From positions 1 to 45,649 of IMG/VR virus record IMGVR_UViG_3300037755_000687: DNA of 45,649 nt. The stretch is one strand, 5' to 3'. Below the pieces are notes generated by a model. That model was given only the letters and a program-made list of their open reading frames with translations. It had not been told where the DNA came from and did no database searches. Below, piece after piece: positions 1 to 8,951 of the stretch (position 1 is its first letter; every line of letters starts with the position of its first letter). This stretch comes from a virus (taxonomy: Duplodnaviria > Caudoviricetes). The position numbers were made by a program, and so were the translations under genes.

Positions 1-138
1 ATGCTGCTGCGCTATGGACAGCGTGATATACACGTACCGTTCCCGTGGGGTGGTGTAGATTTTGCGTTTGCGTTGTGGCAGTGCGTGCCACTAAAGTCTG
101 CGCTGGCTGGCAGCGCCGCCGCGAACGATCCTCTGTGA
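1..138 (+). CDS. Short or 5'-truncated ORF translationally coupled to terL
   Basis: Open from position 1 (MLLRYGQRDIHVPFPW...NDPL*). Its TGA (136-138) overlaps the GTG at 135 that is in frame with terL. It does not look like TerS. Confidence 0.4.
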   Translation: MLLRYGQRDIHVPFPWGGVDFAFALWQCVPLKSALAGSAAANDPL

Positions 139-1793
139 GAACAAGCAGCCACGCACCCAAGCAGACCGCCTATGTGCGCCCGCTGACGCGCGGCGAGCGC
201 ATGGCCGCATTCATCGAGACGCTGCCTGTGCCTGACGGCGAGTTGCAAGGTCAGAAGATACGACTGGCCAAGCATCAGCTAGACTTTTTGCTGGCCGTGT
301 ACGACGTGCTAGATGAGCGCGGACGCCGCCGCATACGCCAAGCCATTCAGACTATAGCGCGCAAGAATGGAAAGACCACGTTCATCGCCGGGATAGTGTT
401 GGGGCATCTAGCGGGGCCGGAGTGCGTATATAACGCCCAGATATACAGCGCCGCCTACGAGCGCGATCAAGCCGCGCTGGTGTACAAGTCAGCAGCGGGC
501 ATGATTCGCATGGACGACGAGCTAGGCGACCTGCTGCACTGCACCGACAGCGGCAAGCGCATATTGCACCCGCTCAGCGGTAGCGTGTACAAGGCGCTCA
601 GCAAAGAGAGCAAGAGCAAGCACGGCTTCAATCCTACTGTAGTTATCTTCGACGAGCTCGCGCAGTATGGCGAGAACCGCGAATTGTACGACGTGTTGAT
701 CACTAGCTTTGGCGCGCAAGCCGAGCCGCTGATGTGCGTGATCGGCACACAGGCTGACACTGACGCTGCGGTGTTGAGCCAGTTGATCGACTATGGGCAG
801 CAAGTCATGGCGGGCACGGTGGAGGATTCTTCGTTCTACCTGCAGCAATTCAGCGTGCCAGTGGATGCCGACATCTACGACGAGCGCGTGTGGCCGCTGG
901 CGAATCCCGCGCTGGGGTTGTACCGCAGCCTAGAGGAGATGCGCAGCTTTGCTCGCCGCGCCAAGATGCTACCCAGCTTAGAGCGTACGTTCCGCAACTT
1001 GTACTTGAATCAGCGCGTGCAAAGCGCCACGGTGTTCATCAGTCCGGGGGTGTGGAAGGCTAACGCGGGCTGCGCTGAGCGGCTGACGCGCGAGCAATGG
1101 GCGCTGTTGGCCGACAAGCTCAAAGGGAAAGAGTGCTATGCGGGGCTGGACTTGTCGGGCAAGGTGGACTTGACGGCGCTGGTGCTGGTGTTTCCGCTGC
1201 GGAATGAGGACGCAAATTTGATCAGTCCAGATTTTCCTTACAGCGAGATCGTCGTGCTGCCGTTCTTCTGGACGCCGCGTGACACCATTCTCGAGCGCAC
1301 CAAGAAGGACAAGGTCCCATATTTCGAGTGGTGGCAGCAGGGGTATCTGGAAGCACCGCAGGGTTTTGCCATCAACTATGGTCACGTGGCAGAGAGAATC
1401 GCGCAGCTAGCCACGCAGTTTACTATTAAGGGAATTGCAGCCGACCGTTGGAATCTGACTCAGCTAAAGGCGCGGCTGGTAGAGCATGGCTACAAGGAGC
1501 AGGAGCTAGAGAAATGGATCGTGCCGCATGGTCAGGGGTTCAAGGACATGTCTCCGGCGGTGAACGTGTTGGAGGAGGCGCTCTTGGGTTCTCGTTTGCG
1601 GCATGGGCTGCATCCGGTGCTGACGTACAACGCTGCGAGCGCTGTGGTTGACAAGGACCCAGCGGAGAACCGCAAGTTCTTCAAGAACAAGAGCGCGGGG
1701 CGTATTGACGGTGTCGTCGCGCTGGCGATGGCTTTGAATTTGGCGATTGGCTCGGTGAAGAAGCGCGCTGCGCGCGGAATCACTACTCTGTAA
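135..1793 (+). CDS. terL: Terminase large subunit (HK97/Terminase_1 type)
   Basis: Walker A IARKNGKT, Walker B VVIFDE, nuclease AGLDLS and C-terminal RIDGVVALAMA. Start set at GTG 135 from the GTGA overlap; the ORF track gives 45. Confidence 0.95.
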   Translation: MRTSSHAPKQTAYVRPLTRGERMAAFIETLPVPDGELQGQKIRLAKHQLDFLLAVYDVLDERGRRRIRQAIQTIARKNGKTTFIAGIVLGHLAGPECVYNAQIYSAAYERDQAALVYKSAAGMIRMDDELGDLLHCTDSGKRILHPLSGSVYKALSKESKSKHGFNPTVVIFDELAQYGENRELYDVLITSFGAQAEPLMCVIGTQADTDAAVLSQLIDYGQQVMAGTVEDSSFYLQQFSVPVDADIYDERVWPLANPALGLYRSLEEMRSFARRAKMLPSLERTFRNLYLNQRVQSATVFISPGVWKANAGCAERLTREQWALLADKLKGKECYAGLDLSGKVDLTALVLVFPLRNEDANLISPDFPYSEIVVLPFFWTPRDTILERTKKDKVPYFEWWQQGYLEAPQGFAINYGHVAERIAQLATQFTIKGIAADRWNLTQLKARLVEHGYKEQELEKWIVPHGQGFKDMSPAVNVLEEALLGSRLRHGLHPVLTYNAASAVVDKDPAENRKFFKNKSAGRIDGVVALAMALNLAIGSVKKRAARGITTL

Positions 1794-1804
1794 GAGGAGC
1801 GGTC

Positions 1805-3310
1805 ATGACAAAGAAGATTTCATTCGGCAGGCGTTTCGGTGCTGCGTGGCAATTCTTCAAGAGCGCGGGCAGCGTCACGCACCCGGCGGACCTAGCGGGC
1901 ATGCTGGAGTTGTTACTGCATTCGCATCAGGCGGTCAGCGGCGCGAAGGTAAATCCCGCTACCGCGATGCGCGTGGCGGCTGTATTCGCGTGCATCAACG
2001 TCATCAGCGAGACGCTGGGCACCATGCCGATCACGGTGTACAAGCGGCTTCCTAAGGGGCGGGAGGCTGCGCCTGATCATCCGCTGGCGCGCGTACTCAA
2101 GCAACCGAATCCGTGGCAGAATCGCATGGAGTTCATCGAGATGCTCGCAGCGCATACGTGTCTTCGAGGCAATGGGTATGCGCTGAAGGTCATGTACGAT
2201 CTCGGCGGTGGGCGGCGTGGTGTGCGCGAATTACTGCCGCTGCATCCTGATGCGGTGCGGGTAGAGATTCAGCCGGACAAGCTTCCCATTTACTTCTGGC
2301 GACCGACGGAATCCAATGGCGGTTTTTCCACGCGCGAGATTCCGATTCCATGGGAAAATATTCTGCATGTCCGGTACAAGTCACTCAACGGATACACGGG
2401 ACTCAGTCCTATCAGCGTGGCGCGTGACGTGGTGGGCATGGGCATTACGCTGCAAGACCACACGGGCAATCTGTTCAAACGCGGCGCGCATACCGGAGGC
2501 GTGTTGCAGCACCCTGACACGCTCACCGACGAAGTTGCCAAGCGTGTGCGTGAGAGTTGGCAGGAGACGTACGGCGGCGCACAGAACGCAGGTAAGGTTG
2601 TGGTGCTGGAAGAAGGAATGACCTACAGCGCAGTCGGCATGAGCATGGCCGATGCGCAGTACATCGAGACCCGGAAGCTGAATCGCGTGGAGATTGCTAG
2701 CATCTACCGCGTGCCGCCCGCCAAGATCAACGCGGCGGACAAAGTGTCATACAACACCATGGAGCAAGCGGCGATCGAGTTCATCACCGATTGCATGCTG
2801 GGCTGGGCGGTGCGATTCGAGCTCACTTTGGATCGTGATCTGGTGGAGGCAGGCGACACGTATTTTGTCAAGTTCAATATGAACATGCATCTGCGTGGCG
2901 ACATCAAGACGCGGTTCGATGCGTACCGCGTGGGTCGCGAGGGCGGCTGGCTCAGCCCGAATGACGTGCGTGACTTGGAGGACATGAACCCGATCCCCGC
3001 AGAGCAGGGCGGTGACAGCTACATGCAGCCCGTGAATATGGGTCCGCTTGGGGCCAAGCCCGCCGCCAAGCCGCCCAGCACCGAAGTGCCGCCTAGCAAG
3101 ATGGTGGAGGCTTTTGCTGAAGCGATCAAGCTGCTCAAGGGACCGGAAGAGACGCCGCTGGAAGTATTGTCCGCTCCGCCTGTGTTGGTCAACAACTACA
3201 CGGTGGATAAGGTCACGGTGCTCCCGGGCACCAAGATCGTTCCCATCAGGGACCCTAAGTCGGGTCTGGTCAAGGAGTATCACAACGTACCTATCGAAGG
3301 AGGTAAGTAG
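1805..3310 (+). CDS. HK97-family portal protein with a C-terminal extension
   Basis: AVFACINVISETLG, PNPWQ, GLSPI, IASIYRVPP and GWLSPNDVRDLED motifs. Follows terL; SD GAGGAG. Confidence 0.95.
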   Translation: MTKKISFGRRFGAAWQFFKSAGSVTHPADLAGMLELLLHSHQAVSGAKVNPATAMRVAAVFACINVISETLGTMPITVYKRLPKGREAAPDHPLARVLKQPNPWQNRMEFIEMLAAHTCLRGNGYALKVMYDLGGGRRGVRELLPLHPDAVRVEIQPDKLPIYFWRPTESNGGFSTREIPIPWENILHVRYKSLNGYTGLSPISVARDVVGMGITLQDHTGNLFKRGAHTGGVLQHPDTLTDEVAKRVRESWQETYGGAQNAGKVVVLEEGMTYSAVGMSMADAQYIETRKLNRVEIASIYRVPPAKINAADKVSYNTMEQAAIEFITDCMLGWAVRFELTLDRDLVEAGDTYFVKFNMNMHLRGDIKTRFDAYRVGREGGWLSPNDVRDLEDMNPIPAEQGGDSYMQPVNMGPLGAKPAAKPPSTEVPPSKMVEAFAEAIKLLKGPEETPLEVLSAPPVLVNNYTVDKVTVLPGTKIVPIRDPKSGLVKEYHNVPIEGGK

Positions 3311-3312
3311 CC

Positions 3313-3720
3313 ATGACCCTGCTAGTGCCGAACAATGGCGAAGGTGACGGATTGCAATACTTCGTCAACAAGGCAGCGCCCGAGAACTTGGTGCTGCGCC
3401 TGTACCAGAACGACATCACTCCTGCAGAGACGGACGCTGCCGCCACGTACACCGAAGCCACGTGGACCGGCTATGGTGCATTGACGCTGACTGGCGCGAC
3501 TTGGGGTGCACCGAGCGAGGGCGCACCGAGCAGCATTGCCTACGCGCAGCAAACGTTCACCAGCACAGCGGGCGCGCAAAGCCAGAATAATTACGGCTAC
3601 TACATGACCCGCGCCACCAGCGGGCGCATTGCGCTGGCCGAACGGTTCAGCGATGGTCCGTACCAGATCGTTAACAACGGCGACCAGATCAAGGTCACGC
3701 CGCAGATCACGCTCGACTAA
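3313..3720 (+). CDS. Putative virion structural protein (beta-rich)
   Basis: SD GGAGG. LRLYQND...YTEATWTGY...YGYY pattern resembles small phage structural proteins. Lies inside the head operon. Confidence 0.6.
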   Translation: MTLLVPNNGEGDGLQYFVNKAAPENLVLRLYQNDITPAETDAAATYTEATWTGYGALTLTGATWGAPSEGAPSSIAYAQQTFTSTAGAQSQNNYGYYMTRATSGRIALAERFSDGPYQIVNNGDQIKVTPQITLD

Positions 3721-3740
3721 AAGAGAAAAGGAGAGCAATC

Positions 3741-3962
3741 ATGCAACTACGCAGAGGCATGTGGGCAGTTGTCAAGGGCGAAGTCGGCATCATCAATGCT
3801 TTCAACGACGTGGTCGCCGAGTTTCACGTCGTCAACGAAAACGGCACCACCAAGGAAGTGAAGTTAGTGGACCCGGCGCTGGTGGCGCAAGCACCGTACG
3901 GAGAGATTCCTAAGTCGCGTCGTCCGACTAAGGAGCTCGCCCGGAAGTTCGGCTACGCCTGA
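3741..3962 (+). CDS. Hypothetical protein (73 aa)
   Basis: SD AAGGAG, codon usage like its neighbours. Confidence 0.7.
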   Translation: MQLRRGMWAVVKGEVGIINAFNDVVAEFHVVNENGTTKEVKLVDPALVAQAPYGEIPKSRRPTKELARKFGYA

Positions 3963-3973
3963 AGGACTGTTGA

Positions 3974-5944
3974 GTGAAACTGCTCATCCAATGGGCGAGG
4001 GCTAGTCCTCGCGATTGGGAGCCGGTTGAAGTTTCGGCTTGGGCCGCGCTGCCTAAGTTTGCCGTTCCTGCCTCTGCACTACCTATAGTCGGGGACGACT
4101 CTCCGGGCTGGCTCTGCTCGCTTAATGTGCAAGGCGTGGTGTTCGGCGAGGGCGACCACACTGCGGTCGAGGAATTGCCCGACGGCACGGTGAAAGTCAT
4201 ACATTGGGCTGACGACCCGGCGGACTGGCCCATGGGACAGCGGTGGGCGGTAGAACACTTTTTCGCACCGCTCCAGCCTGACCCCTCGCTGCGCGGCGCA
4301 ATCAACACGAAGCAGACGCGCGTCATTTACGGCGAGCCCGCAGCGTTGGAGCGGCTGCGTACCACGGCACCGACAGATAACTTCAAGGAATGGAGTGAAT
4401 TCGTTCCGCCTGCACCGGAGATCGTACGGCACGGTATTTGGATGACTGACGGGTTGATGACCCAGCACAGAGCGATGCGTCGACAGGTCGGTTACAAGGA
4501 CGCGCCGTTCACCAATCACCTGTCACGCGAAGAGGTAGATGCCGAAGGAAGGTTGAAGCCACAGCGCGTACAGGGCCGCTTCCTGCCGAACACACACACG
4601 ATCACCTACATTTGCCGGGATACTGATCGCGCGGCTGGGTGGGAATCTGCAACTCACGAGGATGCGTTTGAGTTGACGACTGCTGCTGCAGCAACGGAGA
4701 CCCGCGAGATTCCAAATTCGACCCCCTCCACACTAACGTGGATATTCAGCACGCCGTCGAATGAACCAAATAGCAATGATTGGCCAACAGGAGACTACCG
4801 CATTCAGTATGACGTGACGGTGGTTGATTCTGGAGTTTTTATTGATGCCAGCTCTTTTCGTCGCGTCAGCAGCGATCTCTCTGCCACCCTCGCTTCTTTG
4901 GGAAGTGAAGGGACAAATATAACTACGACGGGGCTGCACCTACGATCGATAACGGTGAATCCATTTTCGGGGGATGCTGTAGATCGATTCGGTGTGGGAG
5001 TCTTCTGCGGCAACTCCAATTCCCACGGCAGCAGTCAGACCATCACGCTAGAGCTGAACACCAGTGACTCCTTCGCGGACGGACCATGGGAGGGTGTACA
5101 GACTTTCACTTATGCAGGTTCCGGAGGGGCGGCATTAGGCGGCGCGGCTGCGCTAGCGAAGAACAAAGTATTTACTGCGAGTGGTGGATTGACCGCCGCT
5201 GGTGTGGCTGCGCTAGCGAAGAACAAAGTATTTACTGCGAGTGGTGGATTGACCGCCGCTGGTGTTGCGGTAACATCGCTAAGCGGCGCGACAAATACTT
5301 TCACGTATAGCGCCAGCGGTGGAGCAGCGCTCGGCGGTGCTGCCACACTGGTGAAGATCAAGGCGTTGCTGGCCAGCGGCGGGATGACGTTGGGCGGTGC
5401 TGCCGCTGCGCAGAAGAGCAAGGTGTACATCGCGTCAGGCGGGCTGGCATTGGGCGGCGCGGCTGCGCTGGCAAAGGTGCGCGCGTATTCGGTCTCGGGC
5501 GGGCTGGTGCTGGGCGGGGCGGCATCATTGGCCAAGGGGCGCGTGTTTGTTGCTTCTGGTGGGCTAGTGGCCGGTGGAGCAGCTAGCACGGTGTATGAGT
5601 CCGGAGCGGTCAATACGTACACGTATGCGGGTGCGGGCGGAGCGGCTCTCGGTGGTGTAGCGATCACCAGCTACGAGGAGGGCGTGTTTTTCACTGTTGG
5701 TGGTGGCAGTGTCACGGTGCATCGTCCGCCGCTGAGACCAAAGCCGATTCGTCCTCGCATCCGCGAGTACAGTGCAGCGGGCGGGGCTGTGATGGGCGGT
5801 GCAGCGCGCTCGAGCGTTTTGCATGTCTTCACGGCTTCTCCGCGATATCGGTTGTCTAAATTATCCGGAGAAAGCGCGGCGTGCTGGGTGCAGCGAGTAG
5901 ACGTAGAGGACGAAGAGTTCCTGGAAGTGTTGCGCGCGGCATGA
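3974..5944 (+). CDS. Large Gly/Ala-repeat protein, putative head or neck fibre
   Basis: 656 aa with roughly ten ~20-aa xSGG-L/A-xLGGAA repeats in the C-terminal half and an acidic C-terminus (DVEDEEFLEVL). Confidence 0.65.
   Translation: MKLLIQWARASPRDWEPVEVSAWAALPKFAVPASALPIVGDDSPGWLCSLNVQGVVFGEGDHTAVEELPDGTVKVIHWADDPADWPMGQRWAVEHFFAPLQPDPSLRGAINTKQTRVIYGEPAALERLRTTAPTDNFKEWSEFVPPAPEIVRHGIWMTDGLMTQHRAMRRQVGYKDAPFTNHLSREEVDAEGRLKPQRVQGRFLPNTHTITYICRDTDRAAGWESATHEDAFELTTAAAATETREIPNSTPSTLTWIFSTPSNEPNSNDWPTGDYRIQYDVTVVDSGVFIDASSFRRVSSDLSATLASLGSEGTNITTTGLHLRSITVNPFSGDAVDRFGVGVFCGNSNSHGSSQTITLELNTSDSFADGPWEGVQTFTYAGSGGAALGGAAALAKNKVFTASGGLTAAGVAALAKNKVFTASGGLTAAGVAVTSLSGATNTFTYSASGGAALGGAATLVKIKALLASGGMTLGGAAAAQKSKVYIASGGLALGGAAALAKVRAYSVSGGLVLGGAASLAKGRVFVASGGLVAGGAASTVYESGAVNTYTYAGAGGAALGGVAITSYEEGVFFTVGGGSVTVHRPPLRPKPIRPRIREYSAAGGAVMGGAARSSVLHVFTASPRYRLSKLSGESAACWVQRVDVEDEEFLEVLRAA
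5146..5265 (+). repeat. Exact 60-bp tandem duplication (2 copies) within the repeat protein gene
   Basis: ggctgcgctagcgaagaacaaagta...ccgctggtgt at 5146-5205 and 5206-5265. Confidence 0.95.
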
Positions 5945-6007
5945 GTTCCGAGTATTCGGGCTCGTTTCTTTGTCGTACACTATTTGCGACTTGTTAGGAG
6001 GGCTGCA

Positions 6008-6715
6008 ATGCACGAGAAAAACGGTGTACCCGGCTGCAAACGGTTGTACCGCCCGTTCCGGCTCAAGACGCTGGAAGACGACGGTTCGTTCAGCGGGTAC
6101 GGCTCGGTCTTCGGAGTGAAGGACACTTACGACGAGATCGTGATGCCCGGAGCTTTCAAGCGGTCGCTGGCGCAGCACAAGGCCGACGACACCATGCCGA
6201 AGATGCTGTGGCAGCACGACTGGGATTATCCGGTCGGGGTGTACACCGTGATCCGTGAGGATGAGCGCGGTTTGCTCGTAGAGGGCAAGCTGCTCAAGGA
6301 CGAAGTGCAGAAGGCGCGTGAAGCACACGCGCTATTGAAAGCAGGAGCGCTGGACGGACTTTCGATCGGGTACGTCCCGCTCGCATGGCGTAAGAACGAG
6401 GAGGACAAGGACATCCTTGAGCTTACGGAAGTGGATCTCTGGGAAGTGTCCATCGTCACCTTCCCTGCAAATCCGGCTGCGCGCGTGCAGGAAGTGCGCA
6501 TGTCGGAGAACATCAAGTCGGTCCGAGAGTTTGAGCGCTTCCTACGGGACGTAGGCGGGTACTCGCGGGAGCGAGCCAAGCGCATCGCACTTCACGGATT
6601 CGCGGGACTAGAGGGTCGGGATGACCCTGTGGTTGCCGGAGCCGACGCACAGCAATTGCAAGAACTCATCGCCTCCGGCGATCGATTCAAGGAAGCATTT
6701 TCTCTCAACCGATAA
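6008..6715 (+). CDS. HK97-family prohead protease
   Basis: FSGYGSVFG, MLWQHD, GLSIGY and LWEVSIVTFPANPAA motifs. ATG 6008 follows AGGAGG. Confidence 0.95.
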   Translation: MHEKNGVPGCKRLYRPFRLKTLEDDGSFSGYGSVFGVKDTYDEIVMPGAFKRSLAQHKADDTMPKMLWQHDWDYPVGVYTVIREDERGLLVEGKLLKDEVQKAREAHALLKAGALDGLSIGYVPLAWRKNEEDKDILELTEVDLWEVSIVTFPANPAARVQEVRMSENIKSVREFERFLRDVGGYSRERAKRIALHGFAGLEGRDDPVVAGADAQQLQELIASGDRFKEAFSLNR

Positions 6716-6729
6716 CGAAGGAGCAAGAC

Positions 6730-8112
6730 ATGAAACGCTACATGCAGGACAACGCGGTGCGGCTCGCGCTGGTCGCCGTGTTTGCCGTGGCGCTGCTGTT
6801 CGGCTGGATGCCGCCCGATGCAGGCGTGGGCGGATTGGCTGCGGCTGCGGTGCTGGGCGAGGTGACCATGGCCGACGTCAAGAAGATGCTGGACGAGCAG
6901 GCCACGCTCTTCACCGAGTTCCGCAAGCAGAACGATACGCGACTGGAGCAGGTGGAGAAGCGCGGCAACGCCGATCCCTTGCTGGCGCAGAATGTGGCCA
7001 ATCTCGAGAAGCGGCTGGGCGATCTGGGCGAAGTGCTGGCCAAGTTTCAGGCGGCACAAGCGCGGCTTGCGCTCACGGGCAGCGGCAGCGGCAATCAGCG
7101 CATTAAGGGCGAAGCCGAGCTCGGGCACGAGAAGGCGTTCCAGAACTACTTGCGGCGCGGTCGCGACGACGATCTCCGTGCCATGCAGGACTACGCTACG
7201 GGCGAGAAAACCGCCAGCGTGGGCAGCGACGCCGACGGCGGTTACTTTGTCACGCCGGACATGGGCGGGCGCATGGTGCAGAAAATCTTCGAGACCAGTC
7301 CCATTCGCGAAGACGCAGCGGTCATTACCATCAGCACCGACGCGCTGGAAGGCGTGCTGGACAACGACGACAGCGTGACGTGCGGCTGGGTTGGCGAGCA
7401 GCAGGCGCGTCCAGCCACGGGTACGCCGAAGACCGCCAAGTGGCGTATTCCGGTGTTCGAGATGTACGCCATGCCGGAGACCACGCAACAACTGCTCGAC
7501 GACGCAGCGGTGGACGTCGAGGGTTGGCTGAGCGGCAAGGTCACCGAGAAGATGGTGCGCACCGAGAACACCGCGTTCTTCACGGGCGACGGCGTCACCA
7601 AGCCCCGTGGAGTTCTCACCTACACCACAGCAGCGACCGGCGACGCCACGCGCGCATGGGGACAACTGGAGCACGTGGCCACCGGCGCGAGCGGCGCGTT
7701 CGGCGCGTCGCCCGCAGGCAGCGACAAGCTGATCGACTTGCTGCACAAGATGAAGACCGCCTACCGCACGGGTGCCAAGTGGTACATGAGCCGTGCGACG
7801 CTCGGCGCAGTGCGGCAACTGAAGACCACCGACGGTACGTACGTTTGGCTCCCGTCGATGCTGGCTGCGCAGCCCAGCACGCTGCTCGGGTTCCCGGTAC
7901 GCGAGATGGAAGACATGCCCGCCATGGCTGCAAACAGCCTGTCGATCATGTTCGGCAATCTGGCGCTCGGGTACCAGATCGTCGACCGGCAGGGCTTCCG
8001 CGTGCTGCGCGATCCGTTCACCAACAAGCCGTACGTGCGCTTCTACACGACTCGGCGCGTGGGCGGCGACGTGCTGCACTTCGAAGCCATCAAGTTCCTC
8101 AAGTTCGCCTAA
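6730..8112 (+). CDS. HK97-fold major capsid protein
   Basis: Coiled-coil delta domain, DGGYFVTP, QLLDDAAVDVEGWL, GDGVTKPRG and RVGGDV motifs. Confidence 0.95.
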   Translation: MKRYMQDNAVRLALVAVFAVALLFGWMPPDAGVGGLAAAAVLGEVTMADVKKMLDEQATLFTEFRKQNDTRLEQVEKRGNADPLLAQNVANLEKRLGDLGEVLAKFQAAQARLALTGSGSGNQRIKGEAELGHEKAFQNYLRRGRDDDLRAMQDYATGEKTASVGSDADGGYFVTPDMGGRMVQKIFETSPIREDAAVITISTDALEGVLDNDDSVTCGWVGEQQARPATGTPKTAKWRIPVFEMYAMPETTQQLLDDAAVDVEGWLSGKVTEKMVRTENTAFFTGDGVTKPRGVLTYTTAATGDATRAWGQLEHVATGASGAFGASPAGSDKLIDLLHKMKTAYRTGAKWYMSRATLGAVRQLKTTDGTYVWLPSMLAAQPSTLLGFPVREMEDMPAMAANSLSIMFGNLALGYQIVDRQGFRVLRDPFTNKPYVRFYTTRRVGGDVLHFEAIKFLKFA

Positions 8113-8152
8113 TCCGCGGACGGCCAGGAACTGAGAAGTGAAACGCACCAAG

Positions 8153-8180
8153 AGCGCCCCCTGTTGGGGGCGCTTCCTTC
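8153..8180 (+). terminator. GC hairpin after MCP (weak terminator or stabiliser)
   Basis: agcgccccc-tgtt-gggggcgct followed by tccttc. Confidence 0.45.
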
Positions 8181-8206
8181 GCTCTTCGAACTAGAAGGAG
8201 ATTGCA

Positions 8207-8611
8207 ATGCGCAGAGATCTGAAAAGCAACATCGACAACGGTCCGGACGCCTCCGGCATCATCCCTGCCGTGTACACGGCCACCGCAACGGGTGTCGGCG
8301 TGGATTGCCGAGGCTTCGACGCGGTGATGGTGAGCTTCAAAACGGGTGCCATCGTCGCGGCGGGGCTGTTCACGCCGAAGCTGCAGGAATCCGACGACAG
8401 CACCACGGGTTCCGACGGTACGTGGAACGACGTGGCAGCGGTGGACCAACAGGGCTCGCTGGCCAATCTCGCAGCGTCGGCGCTGCAGCGGGTGGGCTAT
8501 ATCGGCAGCAAGCGGTGGGTGCGCCCCGTGGCGACGTATGTATCGGGCACCAGCACGGCGATCTGCGCGCTGGTGACGCGTGGTCTCCCGACGATCAAGC
8601 CGCTGGCCTAA
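8207..8611 (+). CDS. Putative capsid decoration protein
   Basis: Directly after MCP. GVDCRGF...KLQESDD...VGYIGSKRWVR pattern is typical of genes at this position. Confidence 0.65.
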   Translation: MRRDLKSNIDNGPDASGIIPAVYTATATGVGVDCRGFDAVMVSFKTGAIVAAGLFTPKLQESDDSTTGSDGTWNDVAAVDQQGSLANLAASALQRVGYIGSKRWVRPVATYVSGTSTAICALVTRGLPTIKPLA

Positions 8612-8636
8612 CCGGGTCAACGGTTTTTTGACTAGC

Positions 8637-8672
8637 CCGGAGCGGGACTTGTAGACTCGCTCCGGTCTTTTT
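8637..8672 (+). terminator. Intrinsic terminator
   Basis: ccggagcggg...ctcgctccgg followed by tcttttt; a smaller hairpin plus T-run precedes it at 8610-8629. Confidence 0.65.
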
Positions 8673-8690
8673 AGATGAGGAGCTCTGCCC

Positions 8691-8930
8691 ATGAAACACA
8701 TCATCATGCTGAAAGACGACCGAGGCCAGAACGACGGTCAAGGCGAAGTCAAAGACTACATCGCGGGGCGCGAATACAGCGTGGGGGATGGTCTCGCGGC
8801 TGCGTTCGAAAGCACGCAGTCTTGCGAAATCTTGTTCGACTCCGACGAGGCCGATCTGCTGAGCGAGGACCCCGTCAAGGCCGCAGCGCGCACCAAGGCT
8901 GAGCGCAAGAGTAAGCTGAAGAACAAGTAG
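8691..8930 (+). CDS. Hypothetical head-module protein
   Basis: SD GAGGAG, 79 aa, between the decoration and connector genes. Confidence 0.7.
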   Translation: MKHIIMLKDDRGQNDGQGEVKDYIAGREYSVGDGLAAAFESTQSCEILFDSDEADLLSEDPVKAAARTKAERKSKLKNK

Positions 8931-8951
8931 GGCACGGAGGAGGGTTCAGCT

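Noticed and set aside
5146-5265. Repeat pair as DGR template and variable repeats
   Set aside because: The copies are identical and adjacent, with no adenine-specific differences and no reverse transcriptase.
6592-8151. Long antisense ORFs (6592-8151, 21638-22729, 23378-24415, 28098-28937, 37422-38336 and others)
   Set aside because: They are shadows of GC-rich coding genes on the opposite strand, with no SD or recognisable motifs.
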